The notes beneath the pieces are model-generated. The model was given only the letters and a program-made list of their open reading frames with translations, was not told the DNA's origin and searched no databases. The translations under genes were made by a program, and so were the position numbers. From Oscillospiraceae bacterium (GTDB taxonomy: Bacteria > Bacillota > Clostridia > Oscillospirales > Ruminococcaceae), in contig JALEJO010000012.1 in assembly GCA_022769365.1 (NCBI GenBank), positions 2,917 to 66,916 on the forward strand: a stretch of DNA of 64,000 nucleotides, written 5' to 3'. Numbering within the stretch: position 1 is the first letter of the stretch; the number at the start of each line of letters is the position of its first letter. This document shows positions 1 to 7,611 of the stretch, one piece after another.

Positions 1-1
1 G

Positions 2-67
2 AAAGAAATAATACCATTTTATCAGAATGTATCAAGGGAGGGAATAGTACTTTGGAAAGCAGCATAG
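2..67 (+). CDS. 3' end of a probable minimal nucleotidyltransferase (MNT) gene, truncated by the window edge
   Basis: Frame 2 reads KEIIPFYQNVSREGIVLWKAA*. PFYxNVxxEGIVL resembles the C-terminus of clostridial MNT antitoxins. Only 21 codons are visible. Confidence 0.6.
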   Translation, partial: KEIIPFYQNVSREGIVLWKAA

Positions 68-108
68 CCACAAAAATTTTTCTTGAAGATAAATGGAAAA
101 AGATTTGA
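52..108 (+). pseudogene. Aborted start of a putative HEPN partner gene (18 aa stub)
   Basis: TTG at 52 with an upstream GGAGG overlaps the MNT stop and reads MESSIATKIFLEDKWKKI*. Clostridial HEPN genes overlapping MNT typically begin ME(S/G)S, but this ORF stops after 18 codons. Confidence 0.4.
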
Positions 109-152
109 TAAGTTGTTTTTAATAGATTTATTATTAAAAAGAGGAATAGTGA

Positions 153-1538
153 ATGTCAAAATCAAAATCAGTATATATATGTTCAAACTGCGGATATGAA
201 AGTGCAAAGTGGAACGGAAGATGTCCTTCATGCGGACAGTGGAACTGTATGGAAGAGCAGGAACAGACAGTTTCAACAGTTCGCAAAACAAAAAGCAGAA
301 CACTTAATAATTTAAGCGATAAAATACAAACCCTCTCAGACATCACAGCAACGCAGGATATACGTTATGATACAGGTGTCAGGGAACTTAACAGAGTACT
401 TGGAGGGGGACTTGTAAAGGGTTCTATAACGCTTCTCGGGGGCGAACCTGGAATAGGGAAAAGTACTCTTCTTTTGCAGATTTGCGAATATATGGGAGAA
501 GAACATACAATTCTTTATGTGTCGGGGGAAGAGTCTGCAAGTCAGATAAAATTAAGAGCAAAGCGTCTTAATGTTGACTCAAAAAATCTTTATCTTTTAA
601 CTTCGACCGATGCGGAAGCTGTTTCGGATACAATAAAATTAAAAAAGCCTGATATAGCCATAATAGACTCAGTTCAGACAATGTGTATTTCCGAAATAAG
701 TTCAAGTCCGGGAAGTTTAACTCAGGTAAGAGAATGCACAAACCTTTTTATGCATACAGCAAAAGATGAGGGGATACCGATATTTTTAATCGGTCATGTA
801 AATAAAGATGGTGCAATTGCAGGACCGAAAGTTATGGAACATATCGTTGATACAGTTCTTCATTTTGAAGGTGACAGAAACCTTTCGTACAGAATTTTAA
901 GAACAATAAAAAACCGATTTGGTTCAACAAATGAAATAGGTGTTTTTGAAATGTCTGATGATGGTTTAAAGGAAGTTGAGAATCCGTCTAAAATGCTCCT
1001 TGACGGAAGACCTCTTAACGTTTCAGGAACGTGCATAACTTGTGTTATGGAGGGCTCAAGACCGATACTTTCAGAAATACAGACGCTTGCGGCAAAGAGC
1101 AGTTTTTCCGTTCCAAGAAGAACAGCAACGGGTTTCGATTTCAGCCGTCTTACAATTATTCTTGCTGTGCTTGAAAAAAGAATGGATATACCTTTCAGCA
1201 ACCTTGATGTATACTTAAATGTTGTTGGAGGATTCAGGGTTGATGAACCGGCAGGCGACCTTGCGGCAGCACTCAGTCTTTATTCAAATATAACAGATAA
1301 ACCAATAAACTGCAATATTGCGGCATTTGGAGAAATAGGACTTGGCGGCGAAATAAGAAGCGTTTCACATACCTCACAACGTATAAAAGAAGCCGAAAGA
1401 CTTGGTTTTAAAGTATGCATCATTCCGAAAAGTTCAATGCGTACATTGAAAAAAGAAGATATAAAAATAAATCTTTATGGTGTTGCAGATTTATCACAGG
1501 CTTTTGCCGTTATAAAAAAAATCAATGCAATGGACTAA
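153..1538 (+). CDS. radA: DNA repair protein RadA/Sms
   Basis: N-terminal C4 zinc finger (CSNCG...CPSC), Walker A GEPGIGKST, KNRFG motif, Lon-like C-terminal domain. Confidence 0.98.
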   Translation: MSKSKSVYICSNCGYESAKWNGRCPSCGQWNCMEEQEQTVSTVRKTKSRTLNNLSDKIQTLSDITATQDIRYDTGVRELNRVLGGGLVKGSITLLGGEPGIGKSTLLLQICEYMGEEHTILYVSGEESASQIKLRAKRLNVDSKNLYLLTSTDAEAVSDTIKLKKPDIAIIDSVQTMCISEISSSPGSLTQVRECTNLFMHTAKDEGIPIFLIGHVNKDGAIAGPKVMEHIVDTVLHFEGDRNLSYRILRTIKNRFGSTNEIGVFEMSDDGLKEVENPSKMLLDGRPLNVSGTCITCVMEGSRPILSEIQTLAAKSSFSVPRRTATGFDFSRLTIILAVLEKRMDIPFSNLDVYLNVVGGFRVDEPAGDLAAALSLYSNITDKPINCNIAAFGEIGLGGEIRSVSHTSQRIKEAERLGFKVCIIPKSSMRTLKKEDIKINLYGVADLSQAFAVIKKINAMD

Positions 1539-1580
1539 GTATATAGAAAAAATCTATAATTTGCTATTAATAACAGGTAT

Positions 1581-1609
1581 TGGACAAATTTATATTTATA
1601 TGTTATAAT
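1581..1609 (+). promoter_or_regulatory. sigma-A-type promoter of the MetE-like gene
   Basis: TGGACA-17nt-TATAAT with an extended TG. Confidence 0.55.
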
Positions 1610-1682
1610 TTACTTGTAAGTTGAAAATGTAAGTAATAAATTGAATTTAAAGTATAATGAATGATATCAATGGAGGAAAAAA

Positions 1683-2789
1683 ATGTTAAATATTAAATAT
1701 GACATTGTTGGTTCATTTCTTCGTCCTGAAGAAATAAAAGAAGCAAGAAAAAAGTATTTCAACAACGAAATTTCACTTGAAGAACTTCGTAAAGTTGAAG
1801 ACAAAGCAATAGCTGAACTCGTTGAAAAAGAAGTACAGCACGGCTTGAAATTCGTTACAGATGGTGAATTCAGAAGAAGATGGTGGCATCTTGACTGGCT
1901 CAAAGAATTTGACGGATTCAGCACAAAGCATTTTGACAAAATAATAAATGGTGTTAATAACCATATTGAACTCGGATTTATTGAAGGCAAAATATCATAC
2001 GACCCGAACAAAAAACACGCTGAAATTGAAGCGTGGGATTATCTTCACAGCCTTGCTCAGAAGTATGAAGGTGTACAGGCTAAAAAGTGTATTTCAGGTC
2101 CTAATATGATTCTTATTGACCACCTTCTTCAGCTTGGAATAAAAGATACAGCATATTATGGAACTGATATTGATAAAATTATTGAAGACATTGGCAAAGC
2201 ATATCAGGACGCAATAAAGGATTTATATAATCACGGCTGTCGTTATCTCCAGATAGACGACACATCATGGACATATATGATAGATGAAAACTTCCTTAAA
2301 AAAGTTGCATCACTTGGCTATGAAAAGTCATATATCCTTGAACTTTTCAGAAAAGTTTCAACAAAGGCACTTGAAAATAAGCCTGCTGATATGGCAATAG
2401 GAAATCATTTCTGCAAGGGTAACTTCAAAGGACATCCTCTTTTTGCAGGTCTTTATGACACAGTTGCACCTGTTATAACACAGATACCTTATGACGGTTT
2501 CTTCGTTGAGTATGATGACGAACGTTCAGGTTCTTTTGAACCTTGGTCAATTCTTAAAGGTTCAGACAAAACATTTGTTGTTGGTCTTATTTCAACAAAG
2601 AATCCTGTGCTTGAAACACATGATGAAATAAAGAAGAGATACCTTGAAGCTAAAAGCATAGTAGGCGACAACATAGCACTTTCACCACAGTGCGGTTTTG
2701 CATCAGTTGAAGAAGGAAACTGTATTGATGAAGAAACACAGTGGAAGAAAATAGATTTGCTTGTATCTTGTCAGGACTTCCTTAATTAG
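1683..2789 (+). CDS. Cobalamin-independent methionine synthase II family protein (MetE C-terminal core, YxjG/YxjH-like)
   Basis: VGSFLRP start, TDGEFRR, QIDD, Zn ligands HFC...E...SPQCGFAS; 368 aa with no N-terminal MetE barrel. Confidence 0.9.
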   Translation: MLNIKYDIVGSFLRPEEIKEARKKYFNNEISLEELRKVEDKAIAELVEKEVQHGLKFVTDGEFRRRWWHLDWLKEFDGFSTKHFDKIINGVNNHIELGFIEGKISYDPNKKHAEIEAWDYLHSLAQKYEGVQAKKCISGPNMILIDHLLQLGIKDTAYYGTDIDKIIEDIGKAYQDAIKDLYNHGCRYLQIDDTSWTYMIDENFLKKVASLGYEKSYILELFRKVSTKALENKPADMAIGNHFCKGNFKGHPLFAGLYDTVAPVITQIPYDGFFVEYDDERSGSFEPWSILKGSDKTFVVGLISTKNPVLETHDEIKKRYLEAKSIVGDNIALSPQCGFASVEEGNCIDEETQWKKIDLLVSCQDFLN

Positions 2790-2810
2790 TTTTTTGATTG
2801 ATAATAAATA

Positions 2811-2840
2811 AAAAAAGAGGGCTTATGGCTCTCTTTTTTT
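2811..2840 (+). terminator. Rho-independent terminator
   Basis: aaaaaagagggc-ttat-ggctctc followed by a T-run. Confidence 0.75.
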
Positions 2841-2947
2841 ATAAATGGTCGTTACTAAAAATATTTTTATTTTGCTCTTGATTTTAATTGTTCAATATGT
2901 TATAATATATATTATAGTAATTCTATAGGAAATAAAGGAGAAAATTT

Positions 2948-3388
2948 ATGAGAATATCTACCAAAGTCGAATATGGCTTAATTGCCATACTTGATATAGC
3001 AATTCATTCAGCGGGAAGCGAAAGTATATCATCATTGAAAATATCAGAACACAACAATATACCAAGAAAATTCCTTGAACAGATAATGATTTCTTTAAGG
3101 TCTGCAAGGCTTGTAACTTCAGTTAAGGGTTCAAAGGGAGGTTACAGACTTGTTAAAAGTCCTGAGCAAATAAAATTGACTGAAGTTATAAATGCACTTG
3201 ATATATCACTTCTGGAACATCAGGCAATTGAAGAAAACAATGGAAGCATAAGAAATTTTTTAAATGAAAATATATGGGAAAAGTTAAATGACAGTATTTT
3301 GGAAATAACTGATAATGTAACGCTTCAGGATTTAATGGATAAATATTCTGAAAGCGGCGATAACAATATGATGATGTTTTATATTTAA
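2948..3388 (+). CDS. cymR: Rrf2-family regulator, CymR-like
   Basis: MRISTKVEYGL, FLEQI, GSKGGY motifs; no cysteines, so not an Fe-S IscR/NsrR type; C-terminal MFYI is characteristic of CymR. Confidence 0.8.
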   Translation: MRISTKVEYGLIAILDIAIHSAGSESISSLKISEHNNIPRKFLEQIMISLRSARLVTSVKGSKGGYRLVKSPEQIKLTEVINALDISLLEHQAIEENNGSIRNFLNENIWEKLNDSILEITDNVTLQDLMDKYSESGDNNMMMFYI

Positions 3389-4338
3389 TTTGCAAATGGA
3401 CAGACAAGAATATCCTGCCTTGTTCCTACACTTCCATAAAGAGTATATGTAACGGTTTGCGTAATGGAATCATCTGATATTTCAGTTTTTGATTCCGAAT
3501 TGATTATTTTATAATCGGATAAAACATTTTTTTCAAAGACTTCTTTTTGTTTTGTGATGAGTTCAGATGCGTATTCATCAGAACATATTGAAAGGCAGGG
3601 AGTCTTTTCTTTGTATGTTGAAGTTATGAGAGAAACAGGCATTTTTTTGCCAAAAAGCGATAAAGTTTTCGTATTTTGTTTTACAATAAAATTGCTGTAA
3701 ATATTTTTCTTGTGATTTCCAAAATTAAGATTTAAAGAGAAAAATTTCAATTTTTTTATACTGTATGATTTACCTGATTCACTTAATTTTATATCAGCTT
3801 TTTTCTGTGTGAAAACGACTTCTTTTTTAAATTCGGCTTTTATAATGCCGTCAGCGTGGCGTAGAAGCGATACTTCACTTTTTTCAGATTTATATTTACC
3901 TGATATTATAATATCGCCCTGACGTATTTCAGAGCCTGCCGGAGCAAATAATTTGCCTTTGTAAACTTTTGCATCGCATATTTTCATATCACATTCAGCA
4001 ATTATATTGCAGGGATTTTCAGTATTGGCTATATTCGGCTTTTTTTCTGCTTCAATTATTTTAACTGTTATTTCAGAACCGTTTCTGTTTATAATTGCAT
4101 CGCTTATTTCATTTAAAGATATTTTCAGTCTGTTTTCGATTTTGTCAAAGTTAAGAGATGGGATATATGTCCCTGTTTTAACATTGTTGTTTTCGAGTAT
4201 GAAAGATATTTTTTTTCGAAGATTTTCGTTGTTTGTTTCAACATTTACGGAAACAATTCTGTTTGAAAGAAAATACATAACTGAAAAAATAACAATTCCA
4301 AAGGCAAGTGCAATAAAAAGAAATTTAAATTTTTTCAA
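3385..4338 (-). CDS. yqfD: Sporulation protein YqfD/SpoIV-like, apparently lacking the usual N-terminal region
   Basis: TM segment, POTRA-like region, PCNIIAECD, GDIIISG, HADG motifs; lies directly downstream of the yqfC-like gene. Confidence 0.75.
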   Translation of the reverse strand: MKKFKFLFIALAFGIVIFSVMYFLSNRIVSVNVETNNENLRKKISFILENNNVKTGTYIPSLNFDKIENRLKISLNEISDAIINRNGSEITVKIIEAEKKPNIANTENPCNIIAECDMKICDAKVYKGKLFAPAGSEIRQGDIIISGKYKSEKSEVSLLRHADGIIKAEFKKEVVFTQKKADIKLSESGKSYSIKKLKFFSLNLNFGNHKKNIYSNFIVKQNTKTLSLFGKKMPVSLITSTYKEKTPCLSICSDEYASELITKQKEVFEKNVLSDYKIINSESKTEISDDSITQTVTYTLYGSVGTRQDILVCPFAN

Positions 4339-4339
4339 G

Positions 4340-4588
4340 TTATTTCACCTCAAATTCGATATTATTTATTTTGCCTGTTATGTAAATATCACATCCTTGT
4401 TTTTCCTGTATAGCAAGTTCCTGACCGAAAATAGTTATAATATTTGAAGTGCATTGAAGTTTAATATAGAAATCTTCTGCATCAATAATTCTTTTTACGT
4501 TTTCAGCTTTTATTTCATAATCACCTATGCAGCATAAACGGCTGTCAAACATATCACGTTTTACTGCCCTGAAAAAATTATTATTCAT
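4340..4588 (-). CDS. yqfC: YabP/YqfC family sporulation protein
   Basis: 82 aa, EN.KRII...I.G.EL.I...IYITGKINNIEF pattern; synteny with yqfD. Confidence 0.7.
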   Translation of the reverse strand: MNNNFFRAVKRDMFDSRLCCIGDYEIKAENVKRIIDAEDFYIKLQCTSNIITIFGQELAIQEKQGCDIYITGKINNIEFEVK

Positions 4589-4687
4589 TTTAACTCCTTA
4601 GTGAATATTTATTATAATTCAAAAATAGTATTTAATGTAATTTAAAAATAATATTTAGTATAATATTATTCAGATAAGGGTGATATA

Positions 4688-5734
4688 ATGAAAAAAACAG
4701 CGAAGTTTTTATTTGAATTTCTTATATTTTCTTTTGTTGTTCTGATTTTTTTAATTATAATAACAGATCACGAAAATATTCAAAGGAGAGTTGCGTCCTC
4801 TTTGACTTTTTCTTTTGAAAAATTAATACCATCTCTTTACTTTTCACTTGCAGCGTCTTTAATGCTTACAAACAGCGGATTATATCTGTATATAGGTAAA
4901 ATGTTTTCATTTACAGCAAGAAAAATATTTGGAGTTTCAGAAAAAATATTTTCAATATTTATAATGAGTAACCTTGCAGGTTATCCGACAGGTGCAAAAC
5001 TTCTTTCAAGTCTTGCAAAAAGAAATATAATAGATAATGATGACGTAAAAAAAGCAGCCCCTGTTATGTTTTCGGCAGGACCTGCTTTTATTCTTTCTGT
5101 TTCGCATAACAAAACGGAAGGAATAATCATATTTATATCAGTTTTTCTAACAAATTTAATAATGCTTTTTATTTACGGAAGAAAAAGCAGTTTAAGATTA
5201 TATGACAATGAAAGTACATCTGTTTCAGTGACATCTGAAAATTTTGTAAAAAGTATAGTTTCGGCTTTTGGTTCAATGATAAATATTGCTGCAATGATTT
5301 CATTTTTTGCTGTTTTCACAGGAATTTTGCAGGAAAACGGCTTATATTTTTTATCTCCTGTTTTAGAAGTAAGCAGTATTACAAATGTTTATCTGACAGA
5401 TTACATATATACAGCTGTTGCCGCTGCATATATTTCTTTTGGTGGGATATGTGTTATTTTTCAGGCTGCATCTGAACTTAAAAGTAATTTTTCAGCATTA
5501 TATTTTATTGGAGTAAGATTATTTTCGGCTTTAATTTCTTCAACTATAAGTTTTGCATTAAGCTTTTTTTACAGAAAAAGTGAAATAAAATCGGTTTTTA
5601 TGCCTTTTGAAACTGACTTTAATGGAAAAACACTCTATTTTTCGGACTATTTCTTTGTTCTTCTTGCTTTATTTATAATTTTACTTTATAAAACAGAAAT
5701 CATAATAAAAAAATATAAAAATAATAAAATGTAA
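4688..5734 (+). CDS. ylbJ: Sporulation integral membrane protein YlbJ-like
   Basis: Multi-pass membrane protein with LIPSLY, GYPTGAK, SAGPAF, LEVSS, SFGGICV motifs. Confidence 0.7.
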   Translation: MKKTAKFLFEFLIFSFVVLIFLIIITDHENIQRRVASSLTFSFEKLIPSLYFSLAASLMLTNSGLYLYIGKMFSFTARKIFGVSEKIFSIFIMSNLAGYPTGAKLLSSLAKRNIIDNDDVKKAAPVMFSAGPAFILSVSHNKTEGIIIFISVFLTNLIMLFIYGRKSSLRLYDNESTSVSVTSENFVKSIVSAFGSMINIAAMISFFAVFTGILQENGLYFLSPVLEVSSITNVYLTDYIYTAVAAAYISFGGICVIFQAASELKSNFSALYFIGVRLFSALISSTISFALSFFYRKSEIKSVFMPFETDFNGKTLYFSDYFFVLLALFIILLYKTEIIIKKYKNNKM

Positions 5735-6490
5735 TTACTTTTTGATAATATCTTTTATAACTTCGCCTGCAATAATAAGTCCTACAACTGATGGTACAAA
5801 AGAAGTACTTCCCGGAATATCACGTCTTTGAGTACATTTTCTTGCTGTTCCGGGAGGGCATACGCAATGAGTACGACAGCTTGATGCCATATCATCTATA
5901 GGTTTTATTGGTGTTTCTTTTGAGTAAACAACTTTTAATTTTTTGATTTTTCTTTTTCTGAGTTCGTATCTCATAACTCTTGCAAGCGGACAGACAGATG
6001 TTTTATATATATCAGCTACTTCAAAGGCAGTCGGGTCTGTTTTATTTCCTGCACCCATTGCACTTATTATAGGTACTTTATATTGATTTGCTTTCATTAC
6101 AAGGTCAATTTTGGCTGTTACAGTATCAATTGCATCAACTATATAATCATATTTTTCAAATTCAAATTCATCAGCACTATCAGGCATATAAAAAGTCTGG
6201 TGCTTTATGACTTTGCATTTTGGATTTATGTCAAGTATTCTTTCTTCCGCAACATCAACTTTATATTTGCCTATTGTTTTTGTTGTGGCAAGAATCTGTC
6301 TGTTTATATTAGTTAAGCAAACTTTATCATCATCTATTATATCAATTGTTCCGACACCGCTTCTTGCAAGGGCTTCAACAGTATATCCGCCAACACCGCC
6401 GACACCAAATACCGCAACTCTTGAACCTGCAAGTTTTTCCATTGCTTCATTTCCAAATAATATTTCTGTTCGTGAAAATCTGTTAAGCAT
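5735..6490 (-). CDS. tcdA: tRNA threonylcarbamoyladenosine dehydratase (ThiF/MoeB/E1 family)
   Basis: FSRTEILFG, GVGGVG, TNINRQ, DAIDTVTAK, SAMGAGNK, CPLARVMR motifs. Confidence 0.93.
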   Translation of the reverse strand: MLNRFSRTEILFGNEAMEKLAGSRVAVFGVGGVGGYTVEALARSGVGTIDIIDDDKVCLTNINRQILATTKTIGKYKVDVAEERILDINPKCKVIKHQTFYMPDSADEFEFEKYDYIVDAIDTVTAKIDLVMKANQYKVPIISAMGAGNKTDPTAFEVADIYKTSVCPLARVMRYELRKRKIKKLKVVYSKETPIKPIDDMASSCRTHCVCPPGTARKCTQRRDIPGSTSFVPSVVGLIIAGEVIKDIIKK

Positions 6491-6619
6491 AATTTTTACC
6501 TGCCTTTAATTTCAGTAATTCATATAGGTTTCCTGAATATTATAGCACAATATTATGGTAAAAGTCAAGGATTTTATTTTGGAATTCACGGAAATCAATT
6601 TCTAAATTAATTTCTGTAA

Positions 6620-6664
6620 AATCGTTCGATTTATCTTGACAAAATCGAACGATTGTGATATAAT
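6620..6664 (+). promoter_or_regulatory. TA operon promoter with a perfect 13-bp inverted-repeat operator flanking the -35
   Basis: AATCGTTCGATTT (6620-6632) and AAATCGAACGATT (6642-6654) flank TTGACA (6636-6641); TATAAT at 6659-6664, 17-nt spacer. Confidence 0.8.
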
Positions 6665-6700
6665 AAAGAAAACTAAAAGAGAATGAAAGGGGGCATAGAT

Positions 6701-6919
6701 ATGTCTGTTACTACTGCTACTGAATTTAAAATGAATTTTGGAAAATATCTTCTTCTTGCTGAAACAGAGGATATTTATATTACTAAAAATGGTAAAGTTG
6801 TGGCTAAACTTACAAACCCTAATCAGGACAGAGTGGATATTGCAAATTCACTTTTTGGAATATTACCATCAGATATTTCTGTAGAAGATGCAAGAGATGA
6901 GAGGCTTGAAAAAATATGA
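6701..6919 (+). CDS. Type II antitoxin, Phd/YefM family
   Basis: TATEFKMNFGKYL...IYITKNGKVVAKL; RBS AAAGGGGG places the start at 6701 rather than 6683; ATGA overlap with the PIN gene. Confidence 0.9.
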   Translation: MSVTTATEFKMNFGKYLLLAETEDIYITKNGKVVAKLTNPNQDRVDIANSLFGILPSDISVEDARDERLEKI

Positions 6920-7347
6920 GAGTTTTAATTGATACTTGCATTATAATTGATGCACTTCAAGACCGTCAGGGTTTTGCCGAAAATGCACAAAAGATATTTT
7001 TACTTGCTGCAAATAGAAAATTTACGGGCTATGTTACAGCAAAATCTGTAACGGATATATACTACATAATGCATCGCCATTTTCATGATGATAAACAAAC
7101 AAGAAATGTGCTGAATAAACTTCTTATTATTTTTGGAATTATGGATACATCGGGTGAGGACTGTCGGCAGGCTCTTCTTTCAAAAGTATCTGATTTTGAA
7201 GATGCTGTTATGATTGAAACAGCGAAACATTTTGATGCGGACTGTATAGTAACACGAAACATCAAAGATTATGCAAAAGCAGATGTTAAAGTTTATACTC
7301 CGGAAGAGTTTATAGAGCGTGTCAGAAAAGAGAATGAAGTTGACTAA
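6916..7347 (+). CDS. vapC: PIN-domain toxin (VapC-like)
   Basis: VLIDTCIIID, DFEDAV, IVTRNIKDY acidic PIN tetrad. Confidence 0.9.
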   Translation: MRVLIDTCIIIDALQDRQGFAENAQKIFLLAANRKFTGYVTAKSVTDIYYIMHRHFHDDKQTRNVLNKLLIIFGIMDTSGEDCRQALLSKVSDFEDAVMIETAKHFDADCIVTRNIKDYAKADVKVYTPEEFIERVRKENEVD

Positions 7348-7476
7348 GATATACCAGAATTTTTGTCAAATAAATTCTTTGATATTTATAAAATAAAGTT
7401 TAATATTTTTAATTCCTTACAAAACACAAGTAAAACATAAATAAAATTAATAATCTAATTAAATGCGAAATTTATA

Positions 7477-7570
7477 TTGACAATTGGATTTTGTTGGTAT
7501 ATAATATAAAACATAGAAACGAGCAAAGGTGCTTAAGAATTAACAGTTCTTATGTGCCTTTGCTTTTTTT
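7477..7570 (+). promoter_or_regulatory. sigma-A promoter followed by a leader terminator/attenuator upstream of amt-glnK
   Basis: TTGACA (7477-7482)-17nt-TATAAT (7500-7505). Hairpin 7522-7564 (AGCAAAGGTGC..TAAGAA / TTCTTA..GTGCCTTTGCT) is followed by a T-run and lies before the ATG at 7612. Confidence 0.75.
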
Positions 7571-7611
7571 ATTTATTTTTATCATATTATATTTATAAGG
7601 AGTGTGTTTTT

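Noticed and set aside
6620-6654. LexA (Cheo) box at the TA promoter
   Set aside because: CGAAC and GTTCG occur, but not as CGAAC-N4-GTTCG; a TA autoregulatory operator fits better.
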